From: Octopus sinensis
Taxonomy: Eukaryota
DNA length: 64,000 bases
Assembly (NCBI RefSeq): GCF_006345805.1
Contig: NC_042998.1
Span: forward strand, 2,542,001 to 2,606,000
Direction: 5' to 3'
The translations under genes and the position numbers were made by a program. Below, piece after piece: positions 1 through 10,423 of the stretch (positions within the stretch are counted from its first letter, which is position 1; each line of letters begins with the position of its first letter). A model generated the notes under the pieces. The model saw only the letters and a list, made by a program, of their open reading frames with translations, ran no database searches and was not told where the DNA came from.

Positions 1-675
1 CATCTGAGGGCTCTTTTCCTTCTGATAATAAAAAAAAAGAAATAGGAAGGCCCCTCTACCCTGCTGTCACATTCACCATAACAGCATCATCGGCAACAAA
101 AGTGGCAACAGCAGCAGTAGCAGCAGCATTACCAAGAATGCAAGACTGAAGATGGAAGACACTTTGCTCAGATGGTTTCGGTGGGATTTCCACTGGTAGC
201 TCTCGGGGTCTCACCATATTCGTGCAAATCCGTCTGTGCATTTCTGTTTGTACCGATATCTTTTGTTCTTTTATGCAATCAGCTACTGCATCTGTGTGGG
301 CGAATTTTGAAGGCGAGTTCTACGACTGTTAATACCCAAATTTCCCTGAAATTACTTCCTATATAGATTTAACAGCATACATACGTAAGTGTAACGCCTA
401 CCACCGACTGTGTTTCCATATAAATTTCAGAAAAAATGGTGGAAGAGTGGGGTAAAAATTTGTTTTACAAATATCTTTCAGATAGTGTAGATTACAATCA
501 TATACTTTAATGTTAAAAGAAAAAAATTAGTGAGCACGCACACATCCATTTTGACAAACATCACATATATATCTACAAAATGAAATTGTACACTTGGGGG
601 AAAATGATGTGATGTTTGTCATTTCTAATTCCACAACAAAGTCCAGTATAACTGCAAATTACACCATCTAAAAAA

Positions 676-1257
676 GGCGGTGAGCTGGCAGAATCGTTAG
701 CATACACGGCGAAATGCTTAGCGGTATTTCTTCTGCCGCTACGTTCTGAGTTCAAATTCCGCCGAGGTCGACTTTGCCTTTCATCCTTTCGGGGTCGATT
801 AAGTAAGTACCAGTTACACACCGGAGTCGATAGAATCGACTTAATCCGTTTGTATGTCTTTCTTTGTCCTCTCTGTGTTTAGCCCCTTGTGGGTAGTAAA
901 GAAATAGGTATTTCGTCTGCCGCTACGTTCTGAGTTAAAATTCCACCGAAGTCGACTTTGCCGTTCATCCTTTCGGGGTCGATTAAATAAGTACCAGTTT
1001 CGCACTGGGGTCGATGTAATCGACTTAATCTGTTTGTATGTCCTTGTTTGTCCTCTCTGTGTTTAGCCCCTTGTGGGTACTAAAGAAATAGGTATTTCGT
1101 CGTCTTTATGTTCTGAGTTCAAATTTCGCTGAGGTCGACTTTACCTTTCATCGTTCCGAGGGCGATAAATTAAGTACCAGTTCCGTACTGCGGTCGATCT
1201 AATCGATTGGCCCCCTCCCCCAAAATTTCGGGCCTTGGGCCTATAGTAGAAAAGATT
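676..1257 (+). mobile_element. tRNA-derived SINE, family A (head plus three tandem body units)
   Basis: Head GGCGGTGAGCTGGCAGAATCGTTAGC, box B-like GAGTTCAAATTCC, central GTCGACTTTGCCTTTCATCCTTTCGGGGTCGAT...AAGTACCAG (resembles the Meta-SINE domain); body repeats at ~907 and ~1091; many copies in window. Confidence 0.85.
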
Positions 1258-1266
1258 ATATATCCT

Positions 1267-1475
1267 GGCGAGCTGGCAGAAACGTTAGCACATCGGGCGA
1301 AATGCTTAGCGGTGTTTCGACTGTCTTTACGTTCTGAGTTCAAATTCCGCCGAGGGCGACTTTGCCTTTCATCCTTTCGGGGTCAATAAATTCAGTACCT
1401 GTTGTGTACTGGGGTCGATCTAATTGACTGGCCCCTCCCAAAAAAATTTCGGGCCTTGTACCTATAGTAGAAAAA
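1267..1475 (+). mobile_element. SINE family A copy
   Basis: Same head and central domain, alternative tail CCCCAAAAATTTCGGGCCTTG...TAGTAGAAAA. Confidence 0.85.
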
Positions 1476-1964
1476 TAGAAAAGAATTTATACCATCTAAA
1501 AAATGTTTGTAGAAATTTCCCCTTAAAAATTCGCATCTTTCTGAATGTTATGAGGAAACGAAGTCAGGTGGCGCTCTTGTGAAGGTAAAAGAAATAAACA
1601 TTAGAAATCCGTAACTAAACTGAATCGTTGGTTGATTGGTTGTTGTTGTTGTTGTTGTTGTTGCTGTTGTTGTTGTTGTGGTTTACCCTAGGATCACACC
1701 CTGATAGAATATAGATCGAATCTCTAACAATATTATCCAAAGTATCCTTTTATAAGAAGGCAGGATGTGATATGAAAGAAATATGGTTGCTATTTCTAGC
1801 ATTCGTCGTTGCCGTCGTCGTCGTCATCGGCAAACTCTAGTTCAGTCCTGACAAGGAAATCTATGATAAAACATGCTCCTGCTCTAACCGTCCCATCCCG
1901 TTCGTTTTTGTTTTTGTTTTTTTTTTAAGCATCATATCCAATTGATCATCTCACCTTGCCACGT

Positions 1965-2135
1965 GCATTCTTACTCAAACGTCTTACAAATTACAATTAC
2001 ACCATTGCACACACACACACACACACACACACACCACACACACGTAAACAATGAATAGCATATTTATTCTTAATATGTTCCGGCAGATTCGAACGTGAAT
2101 ATGCCAATCGGTGATGCATTTTGTCCTTTACAGAC
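1965..2135. repeat. Dispersed repeat with internal (CA)n; reverse complement of 14443-14630
   Basis: TTCTTAATATGTTCCGGCAGATTCGAACGTGA and GCATTTTGTCCTTTAC match 14443-14510 in reverse complement. Confidence 0.75.
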
Positions 2136-2830
2136 GAGAGAACGTCATTTCAGAACTATTCCGGCTGCTATTTCTAGCAGGTCTAACCATACACGGAGGC
2201 CCCCTGTACTTGTTTAGCATATTAGTTTATAGGTAAGCGACGCCATTGTTCCGCACTAAAAGGAGGAGACGGTTTATTGTTTATTTTTATTGTTTGTATC
2301 ATATCTAACCAGGGAATGTGATGCATCGTTATTTTCTCTTCGTGACGACATTATCTTCTTATCTCCTTACTTCCCTCCCCCTCACTGCGCACAAACCCTC
2401 ACCAATCAACTTCTCTCAAGTATCCATCCTTCGTACACTTCCGCCATTTTACTACATCCAACAACACTTTCAGATTTTGTCTCGTCTCCAATATTTTTCT
2501 TTCATCATTTTTGCATGTCTTCTTTTCCTTTCGCTCCAAATACTTCGCTTTCCTTTTACGTTTCTGCTTTCGTTTTTCTTTCTGTTTTTTTTTATGAACA
2601 TCTTTTTAAAGCTTTACCCAACTTTTTTTTCATTTCTCTGTTACAGCTCTCTACAGCTTTCATAAATTCTCTCTCCCTACTTATATCTCTTCCTCTTTAA
2701 TCTTCCTTTATCTTTCATATTGTGTGCATATACACACACACGTACACAGACACACGCATACCAGTTTATATACATAGATATTTATATACAAAACAGACCC
2801 ATGCGTGGTGTGTGTTTATATGTATACACG

Positions 2831-2841
<11 letters not shown>

Positions 2842-2919
<78 letters not shown>

Positions 2920-2964
2920 TTATGTATACACACATTCCAAATATATATATATACACGCACACTA

Positions 2965-3041
<77 letters not shown>

Positions 3042-3265
3042 TTATATGAATATATAACTATGAGCATAATTATAATTGGGGTTCAGCAAGAATTTAATTC
3101 ACCACATAACGAAATTTAAAAAATAGCAGTTAACACGAACTATTTCACTACTACAAAAAAATCTCCCCAATAGCAATACCCAACAACCCACGCAAAGCGA
3201 ACTACTTCGTAAAATTATTAATTATTAATTGATTAATTAATTTTGACCTTTATTATGATGGATTA

Positions 3266-3353
<88 letters not shown>

Positions 3354-3392
3354 AATATATATATACACATACATATATATACATATATATAT
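2842..3392. repeat. (TA)n microsatellite cluster (2842-2915, 2971-3030, 3272-3392)
   Basis: Direct inspection. Confidence 0.95.
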
Positions 3393-3670
3393 ATTTAAAT
3401 AATGAGGGAGATATATTGATTATTAATTTATTTAATATCAATTTAAAACCAGTAACCTACAATACAAAAATCTGAAAAATCAGAAAAAATTCTAATACGT
3501 GTGTATATTTAAAGAGCAAAAAAAAACACTAAGTGGTCAGCCGTATGCTAGAAGTAGATCACCTACGATCAAACTACAAAGAAAAGAATGTTCTCTAGAG
3601 AAATATTCAGCGGACACCAGAACAATATGCGGACAAGACAGATGAAAATTATATAAAAAACAAGAACTAA

Positions 3671-3745
3671 TCACAGACCGGCAGTTTCGCCTATTAACGA
3701 ATGAATCACTTATGTAATCCCTCGTCCGAAGGCTCTTCAGTGTGA
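3671..3745 (-). ncRNA. Type I hammerhead ribozyme motif (inverted copy)
   Basis: Minus strand reads UCACA CUGAAGA GCCU...AGGC GAAA CUG C CGG UC UGUGA. Confidence 0.8.
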
Positions 3746-4216
3746 TCGTTCCACAGGTAATATAATTTGTAAAACTAATTCACCAGCTTTCCGTATAAAA
3801 ACTGACACGTACTTAGTTTCACCGATTACAATGGTGTTCTGATCGTAGGTGATCTACTTCTAGCATACGGCTGACCACTTACTGGTTCTTTAGCTCTTTA
3901 AATGTACACAAGTATTAGAATTTTCTCTGACTTTTCAGATTTTTGTTTTATAGGCTACTGGTTTTAAATTGATATTAATTAAATTAATATTCAATTTATC
4001 TCCCTCATTATTTAAATGTTAAAATAAATATATTCTCTAATAGGCGGCATTAACAGCAGTAAACTATTTACTGCAGATTTTGCTTTCGGAATTTTAGCGC
4101 GCAAGAAATCGGACATTTGAAATTAACCCCAATGTAATCGGTGAAATTAAGCACGTGAATGTTTTTATACAGAAATCTGGTGATTAATTTTACTAATTAT
4201 TTTACCTGTGGAACAA

Positions 4217-4291
4217 TCGTACTGACGAGCCTACGGACGAGGGATTACATAAGAGATTCATTCGTTAGTAGGCGAAACCGCCTGTCCGTGA
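4217..4291 (+). ncRNA. Type I hammerhead motif, degenerate stems I and III
   Basis: UCGUA CUGACGA GCCUA...UAGGC GAAA CCGCCUG UC CGUGA; core intact, stem mismatches. Confidence 0.55.
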
Positions 4292-4769
4292 GTAGTTCTT
4301 GTTTTTTATATAATTTTCATCTCTTTTGCCCGCATATTGTGTTCTGTTGTCCGCTGAATTCTTCTCCACAGAAAAATCATTTCTTTGTAGTTTGATCGTA
4401 GGTGATCTACTTCTAGCATACGGCTGACCACTTACTGGTTCTTTAGCTCTTTAAAAATACACATGTATTAGAATTTTCTCTGATTTTTCAGATTTTTGGA
4501 TGCTAGGCTACTGGTTTTAAATTGATATTAATTAAATTAATATTCAATTTATCTCCCTCATTATTTAAATGTTAAAATAAATATGTTCTCTAATAGGTGG
4601 AATTAACTGCAGTAAATTATTTACTGCAGATTTTGTTTCCGGAATTTTAGCGCGCCAGAACTCAGACATTTGAAATTAACCCCAACGTAATCGGTGAAAC
4701 TAAGCACGTGAATGTTTTTTGACGGAAAGCTGGTCATTAGTTTTACAAATTATATTACCCGTGGAACGA

Positions 4770-4844
4770 TCACACTGAAGAGCCTTCGGACGAGGGATTA
4801 CATAAGTGATTCATTCGTTAATAGGCGAAACCGCCGGTCTGTGA
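4770..4844 (+). ncRNA. Type I hammerhead ribozyme motif; predicted cleavage after C4839
   Basis: UCACA CUGAAGA GCCU...AGGC GAAA CCG C CGG UC UGUGA; canonical core, all three stems pair. Confidence 0.85.
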
Positions 4845-5261
4845 GTAGTTCTTGTTTTTTATATAATTTTCATCTGTCTTGTCCGCATATTGTTCTGTTG
4901 TCCGCTGAATTGTTCTCTAGAGAACATTCTTTACTTTGTAATTTGATCGTAGGTGATCTACTTCTAGCATACGGCTGACCACTTAATGGTTTTTTTCTTT
5001 TAAATATACACATGTATTAGAATTTTCTCTGATTTTCAAATTTTTGTATGCTAGGCTACTGGTTTTAAATTGATATTAATTAAATTAATATTCAATTCAT
5101 CTCCCTCATTATTTAAATGTTAAAATAAATATGTTCTCTAATAGGCGGCATTAACTGCAGTAAATTATTTACTGCATATTTTGTTTCTGGAATTCTAGCG
5201 CACCAGGATTCAGACATTTTAAAAATTAACCACAATGTAATCGGTGAAACAATGTAATCGG

Positions 5262-5551
5262 CAACCGTGGAGAATGGCGACGTACCGTAAAAGAGGGAAT
5301 ACAAAGGAGTGACAGAGAGAGAGAGGAGAAATAGAAAGAAAGGAAGAGACGTAAACAAGAGACTATGGCACTACAACCAGCCAGGAACAGTCTTCGCTAC
5401 ATTTGCGGTACCTGCAGAGGGAGTGTTTCTCCAGTAGGACTACACAGCCACAGCAGAAAATGTATCAGGACATGAAATATAAAAGCCGGACTAGACTACT
5501 TCATGCGCAACTCCATTGTCTCCCGAGACAGAAAGGATGCCAATACAACAC
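5262..5551 (+). mobile_element. 5'-truncated RTE-clade LINE 3' end inserted in the array
   Basis: Translates NRGEWRRTVKEG...YICGTCRGSVSPVGLHSHSRKCIRT* (CxxC...HxRxC tail typical of RTE ORFs, one internal stop); flanked by AATCGG duplication (5256-5261, 5552-5557). Confidence 0.75.
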
Positions 5552-5632
5552 AATCGGTGAAACTAAGCACGTGTCTGTTTTTATACGGAAATCTGGTGAT
5601 TAGTTTTACAAATTATATTACCTGTGGAACGA

Positions 5633-5707
5633 TCACACTGACGAGCCGTCAGACGAGGGATTACATGAGTGATTCATTCGTTAATAGGCGAAACCGCCGG
5701 TCTGTGA
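5633..5707 (+). ncRNA. Type I hammerhead ribozyme motif; predicted cleavage after C5702
   Basis: UCACA CUGACGA GCC...GGC GAAA CCGCCGG UC UGUGA. Confidence 0.85.
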
Positions 5708-6179
5708 GTAATTCTTGTTTTTTATATAATTTTCATCTGTCTTGTCCGCATATTGTTCTGTTGTCCGCTGAATTGTTCTCTAGAGAACATTCTTTACTTT
5801 GTAATTTGATCGTAGGTGATCTACTGCTAGCATACGGCTGAACAATTAATGGTTTTTTAGCTCTTTAAATATACACATGTATTAAAATTTTCTCTGATTT
5901 TTCAGATTCTTTATGCTAGCCTACCGGTTTTAACTTGATATTAATTAAATTAATATTCAATTTCTCTCCCTTATTATTTAAAAGTTAAAAGAAATATGTT
6001 CTTTAATAGGCGGCATTAACTGCAGTAAATTATTTACTGCAGATTTTTTCCGGAATTTTAGCGCGCCAGAACTCAGACATTCGAAATTAACCCCAATGTA
6101 ATCGGTGAAACTAAGCACGTGTTTGTTTTTATACGGAAACCTCTGGTTAGTTTTACAAATTATATTACCTGTGGAACGA

Positions 6180-6254
6180 TCACACTGACGAGCCGTCAGA
6201 CGAGGGATTGCATAAGTGATTCATTCGTTAATAAGCGAAACCGCCGGTCTGTGA
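6180..6254 (+). ncRNA. Type I hammerhead motif; predicted cleavage after C6249
   Basis: Core intact; stem II weakened (AAGC instead of AGGC). Confidence 0.7.
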
Positions 6255-6729
6255 GTAATTCTTTTTTTTTATATAATTTTCATCTGTCTTGTCTGCATAT
6301 TGTTCTGGTCTCAGCTGAATTTTTCTCTAGAGAACATTCTTTCCTTTGTAGTTTGATCGTAGCTGATGTACTTCTAGCATACGGATGACCACTTAGTGGA
6401 ATTTTAGCCCTTTAAATATACACATGTATTAGAATTTTCTCTGATTTTCAGATTTTTGTATTGTAGGCGACTGGTTTTAAATTGATATTAATTAAATTAA
6501 TACTCATTTTATCTCCCTCATTATTTAATTGTTAACATAAATATGTTCTCTTATAGGTGGAATTAACTGCAGTAAATTATTTACTGCAGATTTTTTTCCC
6601 AGAATTTTAGCGCGCCAGAACTCAGACATTTGAAATTAACCACAATGTAATCGGTGAAACTAAGAACGTGTCTGTGTTTATACGGAAAGCTGGTCATTAG
6701 TTTTACAAATTATATTACCTGTGGAACGA

Positions 6730-6804
6730 TCACACTGACGAGCCGTCAGACGAGGGATTACATAAGTGATTCAATCGTTAATAGGCGAAACCGCCGGTCT
6801 GTGA
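6730..6804 (+). ncRNA. Type I hammerhead ribozyme motif; predicted cleavage after C6799
   Basis: UCACA CUGACGA GCC...GGC GAAA CCGCCGG UC UGUGA. Confidence 0.85.
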
Positions 6805-7253
6805 GTAGTTCTTATTTTTTATATAATTTTCATCTGTCTTAGTCGCATATTGTTCTAGTGTCTGCTGAATTGTTCTCTATAGATCATTCTTTTCTTTGCA
6901 GTTTGATCGTAGGCGATATACTCCTAGCATACGGCTGACTATATAGTGGTTCTTTACCCCTTGAAATCTACACATGTATTAGAATTTTCTCTCATATTTT
7001 AAATTTTTGTATTGTAGGTTACTGGTTTTAAATTGATATTAATTAAATTAATATTCATTTTATCTCTCTCATTATTTAAGGTGGCATTAACTGCAGTAAA
7101 TTATTTACTGCAGATTTTGTTTCCGGAATTTTAGCGCGCCAGAACTCAGACATTTGAAATTAACCACAATGTAATCGGTGAAACTAAGCACGTGTCTGTT
7201 TTTATACAGAATGCTGGTGATTAGTTTTACAAATTATATTACCTGTGGAATGA

Positions 7254-7328
7254 TCACACTGACGAGCCTACGGACGAGGGACTACATAAGTGATTCATTC
7301 GCTAATAGGCGAAACCGCCTGTCCGTGA
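7254..7328 (+). ncRNA. Type I hammerhead motif with mismatches near the cleavage site
   Basis: UCACA CUGACGA GCCUA...UAGGC GAAA CCGCCUG UC CGUGA. Confidence 0.6.
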
Positions 7329-7802
7329 GTAGTTCTTGTTTTTTATATAATTCTCATCTGTCTTGCCCGCACAATTTCTGATGTGCGTTGAATTTTTCTC
7401 TAGAGAACATTCTTATCTTTGTAGTTTGATCGTAGGCGATCTACTTCTAGCATACGGCTGACCACTTAGTGGTTATTTAGCTCTTTAAATATACACTTGT
7501 ATTGGAACTTTCTCTGATTTTCAGATTTTTGAATGCTAGTCTACTGGTTTTAAATTGATATTAATTAAATTAATATTCAATTTCTCTCCCTTATTATTTA
7601 AAAGTTAAAAGAAATATGTTCTCTAATAGGCGGCATTAACTGCAGTAAATTATTTACTGCAGATTTTTTTTCCGGAATTTTAGCTCGCCAGAACTCAGAC
7701 ATTTTAAATTAACCACAATGTGATCGGTGAAACTAAGCACGTGTTAGTTTTTATACGGAATGCTGGTGATTAGTTTTACAAATTATATTACCCGTGGAAC
7801 GA

Positions 7803-7877
7803 TCACACTGACGAGCCGTCAGACGAGGGATTACATAAGTGATTCATTCGTTAATAGGCGAAACCGCCGGTCTGTGA
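7803..7877 (+). ncRNA. Type I hammerhead ribozyme motif; predicted cleavage after C7872
   Basis: Canonical core and stems as at 5633. Confidence 0.85.
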
Positions 7878-8350
7878 GTAGTTCTTGTTTTTTATATAAT
7901 TTTCATCTGTCTTGCACGCATATTGTTCTGGTGTCCGCTGAATTTTTCTCTAGAGAACATTCTTTACTTTGTAGTTTATCGTAGGTAATCTACTTCTAGC
8001 ATACCGCTGACCACTTATTGGTAGTGTAGCCCTTTAAATCTACACTTGTATTAAAATTTTCTCTGATTTTTCAGATTTTTGTATGCTAGGTTACTGGTTT
8101 TCAATTGATATTAATTAAATTAATATTCATTTTCTCTCCCTCATTATTTAAATGTTAAAATAAATGTTCTCTTATAGGTGGAATTAACTGCAGTAAATAA
8201 TTTACTGCAGATTTTGTTTCCGGAATTTTAGCGCGCCAGAACTCAGACATTTGAAATTAACCACAATGTAATCGGTGAAACTAAGCACGTGTCTCTTTTT
8301 ATAGGGAAATCTGGTGATTAGTTTTACAAATTATATTACCTGTGGAACGA

Positions 8351-8425
8351 TCACACTGACGAGCCTTCGGACGAGGGATTACATGAGTGATTCATTCGCT
8401 AATAGGCGAAACCACTGGTTTGTGC
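8351..8425 (+). ncRNA. Type I hammerhead motif (stem III CCA C UGG, UU cleavage triplet end)
   Basis: CACA CUGACGA GCCU...AGGC GAAA CCACUGG UU UGUG. Confidence 0.7.
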
Positions 8426-8866
8426 GTAATTCTTGTTTTTTATATAATTTTCATCTGGCTTGCCCGCATATTGTTCTGGTGTCCGTTGAATTATTCTCTA
8501 GAGAACATTCTTTACTTTGTAGTTTGATCGTAGCTGATGTACTTCTAGCATACGGATGACCACTTAATGGTTTTTGCCTTTTAAATATACACATGTATTA
8601 GAATTTTCTCTGATTTTCAGATTTTGTATGCTAGGCTACTGGTATTAAATTGATATTAATTATTTAAATATTTAAATAAATATGTTCTCTAATAGGCGGC
8701 ATTAACTGCAGTAAATTATTTACTGCAGATTTTGTTTCTGATTTTAGCGCGCCAAAACTCAGACATTTGAAATTAACCCCAACGTAATCAGTGAAACTCA
8801 GCACGTGTCTGTTTTTATACGGAAAGATGGTGATTACTTTTACTAATTATTTTACCTGTGGAACGA

Positions 8867-8941
8867 TCACACTGACGAGCCTATGGATGAGGGATTACAT
8901 AAGTGATTCATTCGTTAATAGGCGAAACTGCCGGTCTGTGA
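8867..8941 (+). ncRNA. Type I hammerhead ribozyme motif; predicted cleavage after C8936
   Basis: UCACA CUGACGA GCCUA...UAGGC GAAA CUGCCGG UC UGUGA. Confidence 0.8.
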
Positions 8942-9418
8942 GTAATTCTTGTTTTTTATATAATTTTCATCTGTCTTGTCCGCATATTGTTCTGGTCTCA
9001 GCTGAATTTTTCTCTAGAGAACATTCTTTTCTTTGTAGTTTGATCGTAGGTGACCTACTTCTAGCATACGGCTGACCACATAATGGTTCTTTAGCCCTTG
9101 AAATATACACATGTATTAGAATTTTCTCTGAATTTTCAGATTTTTGTATTGTAGGTTACTGGTTTTAAATTGATATTAATTAAATTAATATTCAATTCAT
9201 TTCCCTCATTATTTAAATGTTAAAATAAATATGTTCTCTAATAGGCGGCATTAACTGCAGTAAATTATTTTATGCAGATTTAGTTTCCGGAATTTTAGCG
9301 CGCCAGAACTCAGACATTTGAAATTAACCCCAACGTAATCAGTGAAACTAAGCACGTGTTTGATTTTATTGCGGAAAGCTGTTGATTAGTTTTACAAATT
9401 ATATTACCTGTGGAACGA

Positions 9419-9493
9419 TCACACTGACGAGCCTACGGATGAGGGATTACATAAGTGATTCATTCGTTAATAGGAAAAACTGCCGGTCTGTGA
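9419..9493 (+). ncRNA. Hammerhead motif with mutated core, probably inactive
   Basis: GGCGAAA changed to GGAAAAA, so G12 and the stem II closing pair are lost. Confidence 0.5.
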
Positions 9494-9967
9494 GTAATTC
9501 TTGTTTTTTATATAATTTTCATCTGTCTTGTCCGCATATTTTTCTGGTGTCCGCTGAATTTTTCTATAGAGAACATTCTTTACTTTGTAGTTTGATCGTA
9601 GGTGATCTACTTCTAGCATACGGCTGACCACTTACTGGTTCTTTAGCTCTTTAAATATACACATGTATTTGAATTTTCTCTGATTTTCAGATTTTTGTAT
9701 TGTTGGCGACTGGTTTTAAATTGATATTAATTAAATTAATATTCAATTTATCTCCCTCATTATTTAAATGTTAAAATAAATATGTTGTCTAATAGGTGGA
9801 ATTAACTGCAGTAAATTATTACTGCAGATTTTGTTTCCGGAATTTTAGCGCGCCAGAACTCAGACATTTGAAATTAACCACAATGTAATCGGTGAAACTA
9901 AGCACGTGTTAGTTTTTATACGGAATGCTGGTGATTAGTTTTACAAATTATATTACCTGTGGAACGA

Positions 9968-10024
9968 TCACACTGACGAGCCTACGTTAATCATTAGTTA
10001 ATAGGCGAAACCGCCGGTCTGTGA
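9968..10024 (+). ncRNA. Type I hammerhead motif with shortened loop 2; predicted cleavage after C10019
   Basis: UCACA CUGACGA GCCUA (17 nt) UAGGC GAAA CCGCCGG UC UGUGA. Confidence 0.8.
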
Positions 10025-10354
10025 GTAGTTCTTGTTTTTTATATAATTTTCTGCTGTTTTGCCCGCATATTGTTCTGGTGTCCGCTGAATTATTCTGTAG
10101 AGAACATTCTTTACTTTGTAGTCTGATCGTAGGTGATCTACTTCTAGCATACGGCTGACCACTTAGTGGTTCTTTACCCCTTTAAATGTACACAAGTATT
10201 AGAATTTTCTCTGATTTTTCAGATTTTTGTATGCTAGGCGACTGCAGATTTTGTTTCCGGAATTTTAGCGCGCCAGAACTCAGACATTTGAAATTAACCA
10301 CAATGTAATCGGTGAAACTTAGTTTTACCACTTAGTGGTTTTTTAGCTCTTTAA

Positions 10355-10423
<69 letters not shown>

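Larger units (their letters stand above)
3393..10360. repeat. Tandem array of ~550-bp hammerhead-ribozyme-containing units (retrozyme / Penelope pLTR-like), with an inverted partial unit at 3393-3833
   Basis: Unit recurs every ~516-553 bp (e.g. TGATCGTAGGTGATCTACTTCTAGCATACGGCTGACCAC); 3393-3833 is the reverse complement of the unit; array flanked by (TA)n on both sides. Confidence 0.95.

Noticed and set aside
56-320. Possible minus-strand terminal exon (…EMHRRICTNMVRPRELPVEIPPKPSE…)
   Set aside because: Open for ~87 codons after an AG but weak pyrimidine tract, no recognisable homology and no partner exons found
4159-9627. Recurring 60-110 aa ORF in each array unit (…FTNYITCGTITLTS…GDLLLAYG)
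   Set aside because: Mostly non-ATG starts, premature stops in several copies, no recognisable domain; it overlaps the ribozyme and is explained by the repeat
3393-10360. CRISPR-like or centromeric satellite interpretation of the array
   Set aside because: Whole units are repeated with no unique spacers, context is eukaryotic, and the ribozyme core plus inverted end fit a retroelement better
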